DNA from: Candidatus Dojkabacteria bacterium
GTDB taxonomy: Bacteria > Patescibacteriota > Dojkabacteria > SC72
Assembly (NCBI GenBank): GCA_018056375.1
Contig: JAGPFQ010000001.1
Location: 39,995 to 103,994 of the forward strand
Reading direction: 5' to 3'
DNA: 64,000 nt
Made by a program: the position numbers and the translations under genes. The notes beneath the pieces are model-generated. The model saw only the letters and a program-made list of their open reading frames with translations, was not told the DNA's origin and did no database searches. Of this stretch, positions 8,538 through 18,405 are shown piece by piece. Numbering within the stretch: the first letter of the stretch is position 1; every line of letters starts with the position of its first letter.

Positions 8538-9686
8538 ATGCCCAGAAAAAGGAAAGAGAGAAAAAAGAAAGAGAAAAAGAGAGTGCCATTAGGTAAATAT
8601 TTACTTTGGATATTACTTTTCGCTTTTGTTGTCTATTTTGCATATTTTTTACTTTCTGTCTTTACACTTAAAACAGTAGATGTGAGTGCTAGTAATGATT
8701 CTAGCTTAAACCTTTTTTCTAAAGTCTCTAGTGATTTAGAAAAGACATTGATTATAGTTGAAGAGAAAGATGGCGATAGGAGTAAGATAGTAAGTGTTTA
8801 TGCATATTTAGAGAACAAGAGTAAAAAGAATGAGTTATTAATATATCTACCAGGTGATGTTTACTATGCTGGTTTAGAAGAGAAGTTTGGGAATGAGATA
8901 CCTGTTTCTTCTTTTAGATATGCTGGAGATTTTTTAGAGAGAGGCAAAGGTGTGGAATATGCTATTTGGCAAATTAATCAGTTATTAGGTTTTAAGAGTG
9001 AGAGGTATATATATTTTTCATCTGATGCTACAGATATTGTAAAAGGTTTTGTTGGTAATAAAGAGGGTGTTTTTGTTGGTGCTAGTGGAGTGGAAGAGAT
9101 TGCCAGTGCTCTTTCTTTTCAAAAGATGTTTTTCTCTGTTAGAGAATTAAATGGTTTGGATGAGAAAATATATTCTAATGTCCCTTTTTATACAACAAGA
9201 TTAACATTAGAGTCTTTAAAGTCAGGAAAGAAAGGTTACAGAAGGGAAGTTATAGATTTTTCTGATGAGAAATATCTTAAAGAGGGGAAACTTTTAACTG
9301 GGGAGGAGATAAAGGTTTTAAATACGAGTGAGTATGATAAGGAACTGAATAAGCTTCTTACTAATGTTTTGGATAGAAACCTTGAGAACGAAAGGGTTAG
9401 GGTTGAGGTGTATAATGGTAGTGGACTGACTGGTGTTGCATATTCTTTTGGGAGAAAGATTACAAACTCTGGTTGTGATGTTGTTAGGTACGAAAATGCT
9501 CCCAATATGTATACCAAGACAACGCTCTTTATTCCTGATATGGAGAGTTTCAAAAATGCTTATGAAATTGTTTCAGATGTTATACCAGTTGATTTTGATA
9601 TTGTTGAAGGTAGACCAGATTTTATGACCACAGGTGATATTGTAGTGATTTTGGGAGAGAATATAGAAAAGATGTATTCTTTTTAA
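8538..9686 (+). CDS. LCP (LytR-CpsA-Psr) family cell-envelope protein with LytR_C-like C-terminal domain
   Basis: Basic N-terminus + TM anchor; LLIYLPGDVYY...FRYAGDF block resembles the LCP core; C-terminal ERVRVEVYNGSGLTGVAYSFGRKI resembles LytR_C. Confidence 0.5.
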   Translation: MPRKRKERKKKEKKRVPLGKYLLWILLFAFVVYFAYFLLSVFTLKTVDVSASNDSSLNLFSKVSSDLEKTLIIVEEKDGDRSKIVSVYAYLENKSKKNELLIYLPGDVYYAGLEEKFGNEIPVSSFRYAGDFLERGKGVEYAIWQINQLLGFKSERYIYFSSDATDIVKGFVGNKEGVFVGASGVEEIASALSFQKMFFSVRELNGLDEKIYSNVPFYTTRLTLESLKSGKKGYRREVIDFSDEKYLKEGKLLTGEEIKVLNTSEYDKELNKLLTNVLDRNLENERVRVEVYNGSGLTGVAYSFGRKITNSGCDVVRYENAPNMYTKTTLFIPDMESFKNAYEIVSDVIPVDFDIVEGRPDFMTTGDIVVILGENIEKMYSF

Positions 9687-9729
9687 GTTATTTGATAAAT
9701 ACCGCATTTTACTCTAAAATTCTAAGAGA

Positions 9730-12264
9730 ATGAAAACTGCCATAATTATAATTACAATATTGTTACTTTTAATCCTGGTTGGGATTGTAATTTATATTTT
9801 CAAGAAAAAATCAGATGAAGAGGTTGTTTACAATAGTGTTAGAAATCCTCTAGTTATGCAGATTCTGGTTCCAAGAGAGAACGAGAAGGCTGCTCTTGCT
9901 GCTGAACAGATGTTTGCATCTATTCATGGTATTTTGGGTGCGAATAAGAGATGTGCGGATGTTGTGAGTTTTGAGATTATATCTACAGAAACGGAAGGAA
10001 TTAGATTTTTTGTTGTCGCACCTGAACATCTTTGTCGTTTTATCGAAGGACAGATTTATGCACAGTATCCAAATGCAGATATTGAGTATGTTCAAGACTA
10101 TACGAAGGCAGAAACAGAAGAGAACAGTTTTGTGACTGTAGGAGAAATAGAGATGGAGAAGGATTCCATTTTTCCAATTAAGACATTTAGAAGTTTTGAG
10201 GTTGATCCATTAGCTGCTATTACAGGAGCTATGTCTGAGTTGAATGTTGGTGAGAAGGTTTGGTTGCAGACAGTTGTTAGGCCAGTTTCAAATTTTTGGC
10301 AGGATAAATCAAAGGAATATATTACGGCAGTAAAAGAGGGTAAAAGTATAGGTGGACCATCTTTTGGTGAGGTTGTATCTAAGATTGCTGGTGGAATCGG
10401 GGATGCTCTTAGTACTGATTCTTCGGGTAAGTCAGCTGAAAAAGAGGTAGTTAAGTTGTTACCTGGACAGGATGAAGAGTTAAGAGAGATAGAGTTGAAG
10501 ATGTTGAAGGTTGGTTTTGAATTTCAGGTTAGGGTTGTAACAAAGGCCGCAGATCAGTTTAGATCTGAGCAGTTATTAAGAGATGTTGTTGCTAGTTTTA
10601 AGCAGTTTACAACAGCCCATCTAAACAACTTTATCTATGCTCCACCTTCAAAAGAAGGTCAGGAACTGTACTCTATGTATGTAAAGAGGGAGTTGGATGA
10701 AGATGTTGATATTCTTAATATTGAAGAACTTGCATCGTTGTATCATCTGCCTAATATTTCTGTAGAAACACCCAATATTGCATGGAGTAGGGCTAGGAAG
10801 TTAGAACCTCCTATGGATTTACCTGTTGAAGGGAATGATGATGTTACCATTTTTGGAAGAACAGATTACAGAGATATGAAAGTTCAGTTTGGTATTAAGA
10901 GAAGAGATCGGGTGCGACATTTCTATCTTCTAGGTAAGACAGGTACAGGTAAGTCTACGCTGTTTAAAAACATGTTTATCTCAGACGTTTTGGCTGGTGA
11001 TGGTGCATGTTTTGTTGACCCTCATGGTGATACGGTGGAGGAACTTCTTTCATATATTCCACCTAACAGGGTAAATGATGTTGTGTATTTTAACCCTACA
11101 GATGTTGATCATCCTGTTGGTTTTAATCTTTTAGAACTGAAGGATAAGTCACAGAGAGATTTGATTGCTGATGGGGTTGTAGAGGTGTTTAAGAAGCAGT
11201 TTGGTGATTCTTGGGGACCTAGATTGCAATATATTCTTACTAACACTGTAGCTACTGTTATGGAGGCTCAGGGTACTACTCTTCTTGCTGTTATTCGAAT
11301 GTTAACAGACAAGAATTACAGGAAATTCATATTAAAACAGGTAAATGATCCAATTCTTTACAAGTTCTGGGAAGAAGAGTTTACACAGATGTCTCAAAAC
11401 AACAGGTTACTTGCAGAAGCTATATCTCCAATACAGAACAAGGTTGGTAGGTTTATCTCTTCTGCTGTTACTAGGAATATAATTGGTCAGGTTAAGTCAA
11501 CAATTGATTTAAGGGAGATTATGGATAACAGGAAGATTCTTCTTGTTAATCTTGCACAAGGTAGATTAGGAGAGGAAACTGCATCTCTTTTAGGGGGTAT
11601 GATAATTACTCGTCTTCAAGCTACAGCTATGGAGAGGGTAGATATACCTGAAGAACAAAGGACTGATTTTTACTTGTATGTTGATGAGTTTCAGAACTTT
11701 GCTACAGATTCTTTTGCTAAGATTCTTTCGGAGGCTAGGAAGTACAAACTTAATCTAACTATGACTAATCAATATATTGATCAATTACCTCTTACTGTTA
11801 GACAAGCTATTTTTGGTAATGTCGGTACTCTTGGTTCTTTTGTTGTTAGTCAGGCTGATGCAAGTATTTTAGAGAAGGAGTTTGCTCCTGTTGTTTCTTC
11901 TGATGACCTTGTTTCTTTGGATGCGTATGCTATGTATATTAAGCTTTGTATTGATGGTATGACTTCTGTACCGTTTAGTGCTAAGTCTTTACCTATTAGA
12001 TTTGAGAAATACAATCTTAGAGATGAGATTGTATTACATTCTAGAGAGACATATGGTATGCCTAGAGAAGAGATAGAGGAGAAGATCATGAAGTGGAGTA
12101 ATCAGCAATATAGTGAGAAGGGGAATAGGAGTAATATGAAGAAGAAAGAGGGTACTACTGAAGAAAAAGAACCTGTAAAAGAATCTAAAAAAGATGATAA
12201 GGAAGAGAAAGATTTGAGACCTAAGAGTAAGAAGAAAGTAGATAAGAAGTCTAAGAGTGAGTAA
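9730..12264 (+). CDS. VirD4/TraG/TrwB-type coupling-protein-like ATPase (FtsK/HerA superfamily), membrane anchored
   Basis: N-terminal TM helix; Walker A LLGKTGTGKST followed by ACFVDPHGD (cf. TrwB GATGTGKS...VIVDPNGD); Walker B YLYVDEFQNF; C-terminal EARKYKLNLTMTNQYIDQL matches the TraG-D_C motif; K/E-rich tail. Confidence 0.6.
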   Translation: MKTAIIIITILLLLILVGIVIYIFKKKSDEEVVYNSVRNPLVMQILVPRENEKAALAAEQMFASIHGILGANKRCADVVSFEIISTETEGIRFFVVAPEHLCRFIEGQIYAQYPNADIEYVQDYTKAETEENSFVTVGEIEMEKDSIFPIKTFRSFEVDPLAAITGAMSELNVGEKVWLQTVVRPVSNFWQDKSKEYITAVKEGKSIGGPSFGEVVSKIAGGIGDALSTDSSGKSAEKEVVKLLPGQDEELREIELKMLKVGFEFQVRVVTKAADQFRSEQLLRDVVASFKQFTTAHLNNFIYAPPSKEGQELYSMYVKRELDEDVDILNIEELASLYHLPNISVETPNIAWSRARKLEPPMDLPVEGNDDVTIFGRTDYRDMKVQFGIKRRDRVRHFYLLGKTGTGKSTLFKNMFISDVLAGDGACFVDPHGDTVEELLSYIPPNRVNDVVYFNPTDVDHPVGFNLLELKDKSQRDLIADGVVEVFKKQFGDSWGPRLQYILTNTVATVMEAQGTTLLAVIRMLTDKNYRKFILKQVNDPILYKFWEEEFTQMSQNNRLLAEAISPIQNKVGRFISSAVTRNIIGQVKSTIDLREIMDNRKILLVNLAQGRLGEETASLLGGMIITRLQATAMERVDIPEEQRTDFYLYVDEFQNFATDSFAKILSEARKYKLNLTMTNQYIDQLPLTVRQAIFGNVGTLGSFVVSQADASILEKEFAPVVSSDDLVSLDAYAMYIKLCIDGMTSVPFSAKSLPIRFEKYNLRDEIVLHSRETYGMPREEIEEKIMKWSNQQYSEKGNRSNMKKKEGTTEEKEPVKESKKDDKEEKDLRPKSKKKVDKKSKSE

Positions 12265-12473
12265 AGATACTCACATAACACCCCATAGTATGGTATAATA
12301 TAAGTAGATATCTATTATCTTAGTATGTAGGTATTGTTCATTAACAACAAAGGATTATATATCACCTCTTTTTTTATCATATATGCTGTATTTTGTTCTA
12401 AATATTATGTTTTTAGAATAGTGTTCAGCATATATGTATGCCTGAAAAGACAAAAAAGAAAAAGGAGATTAAA

Positions 12474-12749
12474 ATGTTTAAGATAATTCAAAAATTAAAA
12501 GATAAGAAAAAAGAAAGATTCAGCAATGAAGCTTTCGAAAATTCCTGCAAACTTCTGGGTATAGGAGTTCGGAATATTGAAAAAGAAGCTAAGTTGCTTT
12601 CTTTCAAATCCCTTGCTTCTAAAAGGGATAAAATGATCAAAGACCTGGAGCTCCTTGATGGGGTAAAAAATGTATTTGTAACAAAAATAAACACCATATG
12701 TGTTGTGAAGTCTGACACACATAGGTGGTTTATGATTAATGATAATTGA
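12474..12749 (+). CDS. Hypothetical small lysine-rich protein
   Basis: ORF 12438..12749, but AAGGAG SD sits 7 nt before the internal ATG at 12474 (MFKIIQKLKDKKKERF...); no recognisable family. Confidence 0.3.
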   Translation: MFKIIQKLKDKKKERFSNEAFENSCKLLGIGVRNIEKEAKLLSFKSLASKRDKMIKDLELLDGVKNVFVTKINTICVVKSDTHRWFMINDN

Positions 12750-12911
12750 AGTTCTAATCAAGAATCTCCCATATGATGGAGATTGAAATCCTTTGTTCGT
12801 TATCATAAGAAACTCAATACATGTACTTGTACATTGTGGAGAGTTCCTTCTTTCTTTCCAAACCATATCCTTTGTGTTAAAATAATGTTATTAATATAAC
12901 ATTTCTAGTAT

Positions 12912-13691
12912 ATGGCAGGACATTCTAAATGGGCAACTATTAAACATAAAAAAGCTATTAAAGATGCTAAAAAAGGTAAATCTTTCTCTAAAGTATCTAC
13001 ACAGATAACACATGCAGCTAAACAAGGTGGTGGTGATCCATCCATGAATCCAACATTAAGATTGTATATTGACAAAGCTAAAGCTATTGGTTTTTCTAAT
13101 GATAATATTGATAAAGCAATTAAAAAAGGTACAGGGGAGGGTAGTGATGGAGTTATCATTGAAGAGATTACATATGAAGGGTTTGGTCCTCATGGTGTTC
13201 AGTTAGTTATAGATGTTTTGACAGATAACAAGAATAGGACAGTTGCTGAGATTAGACAGATATTTGAAGAAGTAGGAGGGACAATGGGTGATACAGGTTC
13301 TGTTTCTTGGAATTTTAATACAAAAGGATATTTTGAAATATTCTGTGGACATATGGAAGAGACTGAGAAATATGGAGAACCAGATGTTTTTGTAGAAGAT
13401 AATCCTGAGGAAGTAGAACTTAATATTATGGATTTACCTGGTGTTTTAGATATTCATGAGTATGAGGAAGATGGTAAGAAAGGTTTGGCTATATATACAG
13501 AATATGATAGTTTTGGTTCTGTTAGAGATGGTATTAACAAGCTAGGATATGTTCTTAATGAGGCAGAGTTGATAAAAGAAGCTAATGTTTTGAAAGATGT
13601 TACTAAAGAAGAAAGAGAGAAGATAGAGAGTGCTATTGAGAAGTTTGAAGAGAGTGATGATGTACAAAATGTTTGGAGTGATTTAGAATAG
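12912..13691 (+). CDS. yebC: YebC/PmpR-family probable transcriptional regulatory protein
   Basis: MAGHSKWATIKHKKAIKDAKKGK...KQGGGDPSMNPTLRL is the near-invariant YebC N-terminus; upstream of ruvC as in many bacteria. Confidence 0.9.
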   Translation: MAGHSKWATIKHKKAIKDAKKGKSFSKVSTQITHAAKQGGGDPSMNPTLRLYIDKAKAIGFSNDNIDKAIKKGTGEGSDGVIIEEITYEGFGPHGVQLVIDVLTDNKNRTVAEIRQIFEEVGGTMGDTGSVSWNFNTKGYFEIFCGHMEETEKYGEPDVFVEDNPEEVELNIMDLPGVLDIHEYEEDGKKGLAIYTEYDSFGSVRDGINKLGYVLNEAELIKEANVLKDVTKEEREKIESAIEKFEESDDVQNVWSDLE

Positions 13692-13694
13692 GGT

Positions 13695-14192
13695 ATGCTT
13701 AGAATAATAGGTATAGATCCAGGATTAGCTACAACAGGTTGGTCTATTGTAGAGTTTGATAATGATTCAAAACCTCATGTAATAGACTATGGTTGTATTA
13801 CTACTAAAAAAGGTCTTACTGTATCAGAAAGACTATGTGAGATATATCAAGATGTATTAGAGTTAGTTAGGAAGTATAAACCAGAGTATGCTGGTATGGA
13901 AACACTTCTTTTTTGCAATAATCAAAAGACAGCAATATCAGTAGGTGAAGCTAGAGGTGTAGTTTTGTTAGCTTTAGAACAATCTAACTTACCTCTTTCT
14001 GAAATGACACCGTTACAAGTAAAGAGTACTGTAACAGGATATGGTAAAGCTAATAAAAAGCAGGTACAGGAGGCTGTAAAGATGCTTTGTGGTATGGATG
14101 AGTTACCTAAACCAGATGATGCTGCTGATGCCATAGCTATTGCAATTGCAACAGAGGTATTGGTAACAAGAAAGAAGAAGATATCTATGTAA
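13695..14192 (+). CDS. ruvC: Holliday junction resolvase RuvC
   Basis: MLRIIGIDPGLATTGWSIVE... and C-terminal DAADAIAIAI motifs. Confidence 0.9.
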   Translation: MLRIIGIDPGLATTGWSIVEFDNDSKPHVIDYGCITTKKGLTVSERLCEIYQDVLELVRKYKPEYAGMETLLFCNNQKTAISVGEARGVVLLALEQSNLPLSEMTPLQVKSTVTGYGKANKKQVQEAVKMLCGMDELPKPDDAADAIAIAIATEVLVTRKKKISM

Positions 14193-14240
14193 AAATATTT
14201 TAACAACACATCTATCTAAAGAATATAGTATAATATAGAT

Positions 14241-14825
14241 ATGATATCTTTCATAAAGGGAGAAGTTCAAAATAAAACTACTACTGCTAAAGAATCATAT
14301 ATTGATATTCTAACAAGTGGTGGGGTAGGTTACAAAATATGTATTCCATCAACATATCTAACACCTAGACTAGGGGAAGAGTACTCACTTTTTACTCATT
14401 TTCATGTAAGAGAAGACACTCAAGCACTATACGGCTTTCAAACAGAAGAAGAGAGAGAATTCTTTGGACAATTAATCCAAGTATCAGGTGTAGGACCTAA
14501 GATAGGTATGGCAATACTCTCAACATATTCTAGAAAAGAATTAGAGATGATAATAGAGGAGGGTGATGCAAAAAGCCTTAGTAAAACACCAGGTTTAGGT
14601 ATGAAGAGAGCTCAAAAGGTAATAATTGAGTTAAGAGGTATTATAGATCTAACAAAAGAATCTACAGAAGATAGCTTAATACTAAAAGACCTTAAAGATG
14701 CTCTAAAAGCATTAGGTTTTGATTCAAAAGCAATTAAAGAAAAAGCAGAACTAGCAGAAAAGATACTACTAAAAGAAAAAGATATTGATATTGGTGAATT
14801 AATTAAGAAAGTAATCAAAGAGTAA
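14241..14825 (+). CDS. ruvA: Holliday junction branch-migration protein RuvA
   Basis: MISFIKGEV...LYGF.TEEEREFFGQLIQVSGVGPKIGMAILS (HhH domain II); ruvC-ruvA-ruvB order. Confidence 0.85.
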   Translation: MISFIKGEVQNKTTTAKESYIDILTSGGVGYKICIPSTYLTPRLGEEYSLFTHFHVREDTQALYGFQTEEEREFFGQLIQVSGVGPKIGMAILSTYSRKELEMIIEEGDAKSLSKTPGLGMKRAQKVIIELRGIIDLTKESTEDSLILKDLKDALKALGFDSKAIKEKAELAEKILLKEKDIDIGELIKKVIKE

Positions 14826-15862
14826 TGATAGAATCAAGTAAAGAGAAGAAGAAAAGTACTCAAGTACAGAAATCCTCTGGTAACAAGAATAGTGGACAAT
14901 ATGAGGAAGGAATTAGACCAAGTAAATTGGATGAAATTATCGGTAGAGTAACAGAGAAGGAAACCTTAAAAATTATGATCAAATCTGCCAAGAGAAGGAA
15001 GGAAGTTATCGATCATATTCTCTTCTATGGCCCCCCAGGGCTTGGTAAGACTACATTTGCTGTTGCTATTGCAAATGAAATTGGTGCTAACATTAAGGTT
15101 ACATCAGGTCCAGCCATTGAACGACAAGGTGATTTAGCTGCAATATTAACTGGTTTAAAAGCCAATGATGTCCTTTTTATTGATGAAATACACAGATTGT
15201 CTAAAGTAGTAGAGGAGATTTTGTATCCTGCTATGGAAGACAGAATGTTGGATATTGTAATGGGTAAAGGTCCTACTGCTAAAACCATAAGGCTTAATTT
15301 AGAGCCATTTACACTAATTGGTGCTACTACACAGATAGGGAAGATTAGTTCCCCTATGAGAGATAGGTTTGGGTTAATACAGAGGTTAGATTTCTTCTCC
15401 CAGAGTGACCTTGTTGAGATACTTGAAAGAGCATGTAGACTGTGGGACTTAGAGATAGAGAAGGATGCTGTTAAAGCTCTCTCTGAGGCTTCAAGAGGTA
15501 CTGCTAGAGTAGGGTTGAGGCTTTTGAGAAGGTGTAGAGACTATGCACAGAGTCATGGTGATGACAAGATTACAAAAGATGTTGTAAAGAAGACATTAAA
15601 GCTATTGGGTACAGACAAACAGGGGCTTGAGAGGATAGATAGGATAATATTAAAGACAATGCTGGAGCATTTTGCTGGAGGTCCTGTTGGTCTCTCTACT
15701 CTTGCCGCATCAATTTCAGAAGATGAGAATACAGTTGCAGATGTATATGAACCATACCTTATGAAATGTGGTTTTATCAAACGAACGAGTAGGGGTAGAG
15801 TACTTACACAGAAAGGATTAAAATATTTAGAATCATTAGAAAATGAGAAGGGAAGAGGGTAA
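14825..15862 (+). CDS. ruvB: Holliday junction ATP-dependent DNA helicase RuvB
   Basis: RPSKLDEIIGR..., Walker A FYGPPGLGKTT, DEIHRL sensor, winged-helix C-terminus. Confidence 0.92.
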   Translation: MIESSKEKKKSTQVQKSSGNKNSGQYEEGIRPSKLDEIIGRVTEKETLKIMIKSAKRRKEVIDHILFYGPPGLGKTTFAVAIANEIGANIKVTSGPAIERQGDLAAILTGLKANDVLFIDEIHRLSKVVEEILYPAMEDRMLDIVMGKGPTAKTIRLNLEPFTLIGATTQIGKISSPMRDRFGLIQRLDFFSQSDLVEILERACRLWDLEIEKDAVKALSEASRGTARVGLRLLRRCRDYAQSHGDDKITKDVVKKTLKLLGTDKQGLERIDRIILKTMLEHFAGGPVGLSTLAASISEDENTVADVYEPYLMKCGFIKRTSRGRVLTQKGLKYLESLENEKGRG

Positions 15863-16655
15863 TGTAGACAATGAGAAGAGAGGAAAACTGTTACTATTAG
15901 CAGCATTAGTTGCTCTACCTATCTTTGTCTTCAAAATTGTATCTAGAGAAACATATCCTGTTTGGAGAATATTTGTTAATTCTCTTGCATATTTTGGAGT
16001 TACTTTTGTAGGTCTTCTTTGGGCACTTAACTTTCAGGTAAAGAAGAAATCTTTTCTGTATATATTCCAAGCCTCTCTTTTTATCCTCTCTGAATACCTG
16101 TTTGTAGAGTTCTTCTTCTTTCAAAAATTCAGTAGGATATATGAAGCATTTATATTACTATTCCTTATGATAGCAGTCTTCTTTGCTAATTACTTTGTTT
16201 TCTTGATGGTTAATGTTTTGAATGTAAATCAGTTTAAACCTATACCTCTTGCACAAGTTGGTAGGACAATTTCATATCTTTCATCAATATTTATGATTTA
16301 TTTTCTTACCTTTAGCCTTATTGCAAGTGGTCTTCCAGTCTATATATCTCTTCCTGCGGTATTATTAGCATTTTTCCTAATAGTTTCTCTTCACTATATT
16401 AACATTGATCTTGAAGGTAAAGAATTATTAAGAAAGAGCTTTGTAACAACATTAATAATGGCTGTTTTGCTTGTTGCAGTAATGTTTGTTGGCAATATGC
16501 ATGAGATTTTGTCTTTTGCACCGGTAGTAGGGTACTTTCTCTGTGTTAATGTTGTAACCCATGAGAAGATATCAGAGGGTTATGTTAAAAGTTTTTGGTT
16601 GTATATTTTCTTTCTAATACTTTCTTCAGTGTTAATATTCATTTTGAATATATAG
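15843..16655 (+). CDS. Hypothetical polytopic membrane protein
   Basis: 270 aa, ~8 predicted TM helices, overlaps ruvB stop by 20 nt; no family recognised. Confidence 0.45.
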   Translation: MRREEGNVDNEKRGKLLLLAALVALPIFVFKIVSRETYPVWRIFVNSLAYFGVTFVGLLWALNFQVKKKSFLYIFQASLFILSEYLFVEFFFFQKFSRIYEAFILLFLMIAVFFANYFVFLMVNVLNVNQFKPIPLAQVGRTISYLSSIFMIYFLTFSLIASGLPVYISLPAVLLAFFLIVSLHYINIDLEGKELLRKSFVTTLIMAVLLVAVMFVGNMHEILSFAPVVGYFLCVNVVTHEKISEGYVKSFWLYIFFLILSSVLIFILNI

Positions 16656-17102
16656 GTGTGCTGTAGCATAGGGGAGTAGGGGGTGCCACCAGTGAAACCT
16701 ATAGTATTCAATATCCTATAGTAATCAGTGTGGACAAGTTTCTGCTAATAATATTATTAACTTGGGTATTATAATAGGTAGAGATTAAATAAAAGATTTG
16801 GAAGATTTGAGATTCAATCAATGTCCATCATCAGGGGTACCACTCTCTTAGAAAAGATGTTACAATTCTAGAATATACAACCGAGTATAATCGCCATTAT
16901 GTGCGGTTCTGTATATTTAAAATCAAGAAAGTACTTACAATGCTTAATTATTTAAACATTCAACATATCATATTCCTCATCCTTATCTGTTCTTTCTTGT
17001 TCCTTCTTCTATTTTTCTCATTCTTTTTTCTTTTTCCAGGAATTCAAAAAAATAGCCCCCTACTCCAATTTCTCTATTTTAATTTTTGTAGTAAGATAAA
17101 GT

Positions 17103-18404
17103 ATGGAGATACCAAAACTAAATGATCAGGATGACTTCTTGATTGATTTACAGAACAACAATTACAGTCCCCAGACTATTGTTAACTATGCTCGAGACCT
17201 TTCTATCTTTGCTGTGTTTTTACACTTTAGAGATGTTGATTTTATGAAAGTTACTAAAAAGGACATTAGTGCATACAAAGGGTATTTAGTTGCTGGTGAA
17301 CATATTAAAGATTTGGATAAAATAAGGGATGGATATGTAAAAGATGTTGATATAACAACATTAAACAAGGGTGAGGCTCTGGGAGGCTCTCAGAGACCTT
17401 CGAAAGATTTGGGTGGTATGAACACACCTGCTTTTGAGAGTGGATTTCTCTCTGATATCTACAAGAAGGTCTACGGGAGTCTTGGAAGTTCAGTTCGCTC
17501 ATCTAAGAGTTCTGATGGTTTGGATCCGAATAGTATAAATAGAATGTTGTCTGCTTTGAGGTCATTTTTGAAATTTAGAATTGCATGGGACTTGGATATA
17601 CCGTTGCCACCTGATGCAATTGGAATGATGAAGGCTGAGAAGCGTATGAAAAAGATTCCTCCCATGGAAGAGATGATTAGATTGATTGAGTCTCCAATGG
17701 AGTTTGAGAAAGATGAGAAAGTTGCATTGAGGAATAGATGTATGTTAGAGATGCTTTTTGCTACTGGTATGAGGATTTCTGAGTTAATTGGTCTTGATTT
17801 GGATCAGATAAATACTGAGGGTCATATGTATATTTTAGGTAAAGGAAGAAAAGAAAGGTCTGTGTATATGACACCGAGGAGTTTGAGATGGTTGAATAAC
17901 TACTTAAAAGTAAGGCTTAATTATGCTTTTGCTGATGAGGAGCAACAGAAAGAGATTGAAGGTTTCACCACCGAGCGTGAAACATCTGGTAGTGGAGATG
18001 AAGAGGAGTCCTCTATGTTAAATCTTGAGATGTTTGATGATGAGTTGAAGTATATAAAAATAGTTGAGAAGTATAGAGAAACTGGTTATTTGAAAAAGTT
18101 TGACTCCCCTGCTCTCTTCATTCCTTTCTCTGGTGGAAGGTATGGTAAGAAAGGTTCTAGGATTTCTACAAACTATTTTCAGGAAAAGATTGCGGAATAC
18201 AGGAGGAAGTTGGGTATTCAGATGAAGACTTCTGCACATAGTTTGAGGCATGGTTTTGCTACATATATGGCTGAGAAAGGTGCTAGTCCAGCTGCTTTAC
18301 AGATACTTTTAGGTCATTCTAGCTTAAATACGACTACAAAATATGTTCATGCTAGTGAAAAGTTCGCTGAGGATACAGTAAAACAGTATCATCCGTTGAA
18401 ATAG
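17103..18404 (+). CDS. Tyrosine site-specific recombinase (XerC/XerD/phage-integrase family), unusually long (433 aa)
   Basis: SAM-like core-binding N-domain (TIVNYARDLSIFAVFLHF); catalytic R (RNRCMLEMLFATGMRISELIGL), HxxR (AHSLRHGFATYMAEKG) and Tyr (LGHSSLNTTTKYVHAS); ~100-aa acidic/Ser-rich insertion mid-protein. Confidence 0.8.
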   Translation: MEIPKLNDQDDFLIDLQNNNYSPQTIVNYARDLSIFAVFLHFRDVDFMKVTKKDISAYKGYLVAGEHIKDLDKIRDGYVKDVDITTLNKGEALGGSQRPSKDLGGMNTPAFESGFLSDIYKKVYGSLGSSVRSSKSSDGLDPNSINRMLSALRSFLKFRIAWDLDIPLPPDAIGMMKAEKRMKKIPPMEEMIRLIESPMEFEKDEKVALRNRCMLEMLFATGMRISELIGLDLDQINTEGHMYILGKGRKERSVYMTPRSLRWLNNYLKVRLNYAFADEEQQKEIEGFTTERETSGSGDEEESSMLNLEMFDDELKYIKIVEKYRETGYLKKFDSPALFIPFSGGRYGKKGSRISTNYFQEKIAEYRRKLGIQMKTSAHSLRHGFATYMAEKGASPAALQILLGHSSLNTTTKYVHASEKFAEDTVKQYHPLK

Positions 18405-18405
18405 T

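Noticed and set aside
16860-16920. Candidate dif site (ttCTAGAATATAca resembles the left half of B. subtilis dif).
   Set aside because: Only the left arm and spacer resemble dif. The right arm does not match. It is kept only as a hypothesis within finding 2, not called as a feature.
16656-17102. Possibility that the 447-bp spacer encodes tmRNA, RNase P RNA or SRP RNA.
   Set aside because: By eye there is no tRNA-like 3' end with CCA, no GGAAAGTCCGGGC or AGGGTGAAA RNase P motifs, and no GGAAGCAGC SRP domain IV motif. It cannot be excluded without covariance-model search, but is unsupported.
16901-17125. 74-aa ORF in the intergenic region upstream of the recombinase.
   Set aside because: The sequence is Phe/Leu-rich low complexity, with no SD, and overlaps the recombinase start. 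It is most likely a chance ORF in AT-rich non-coding DNA.
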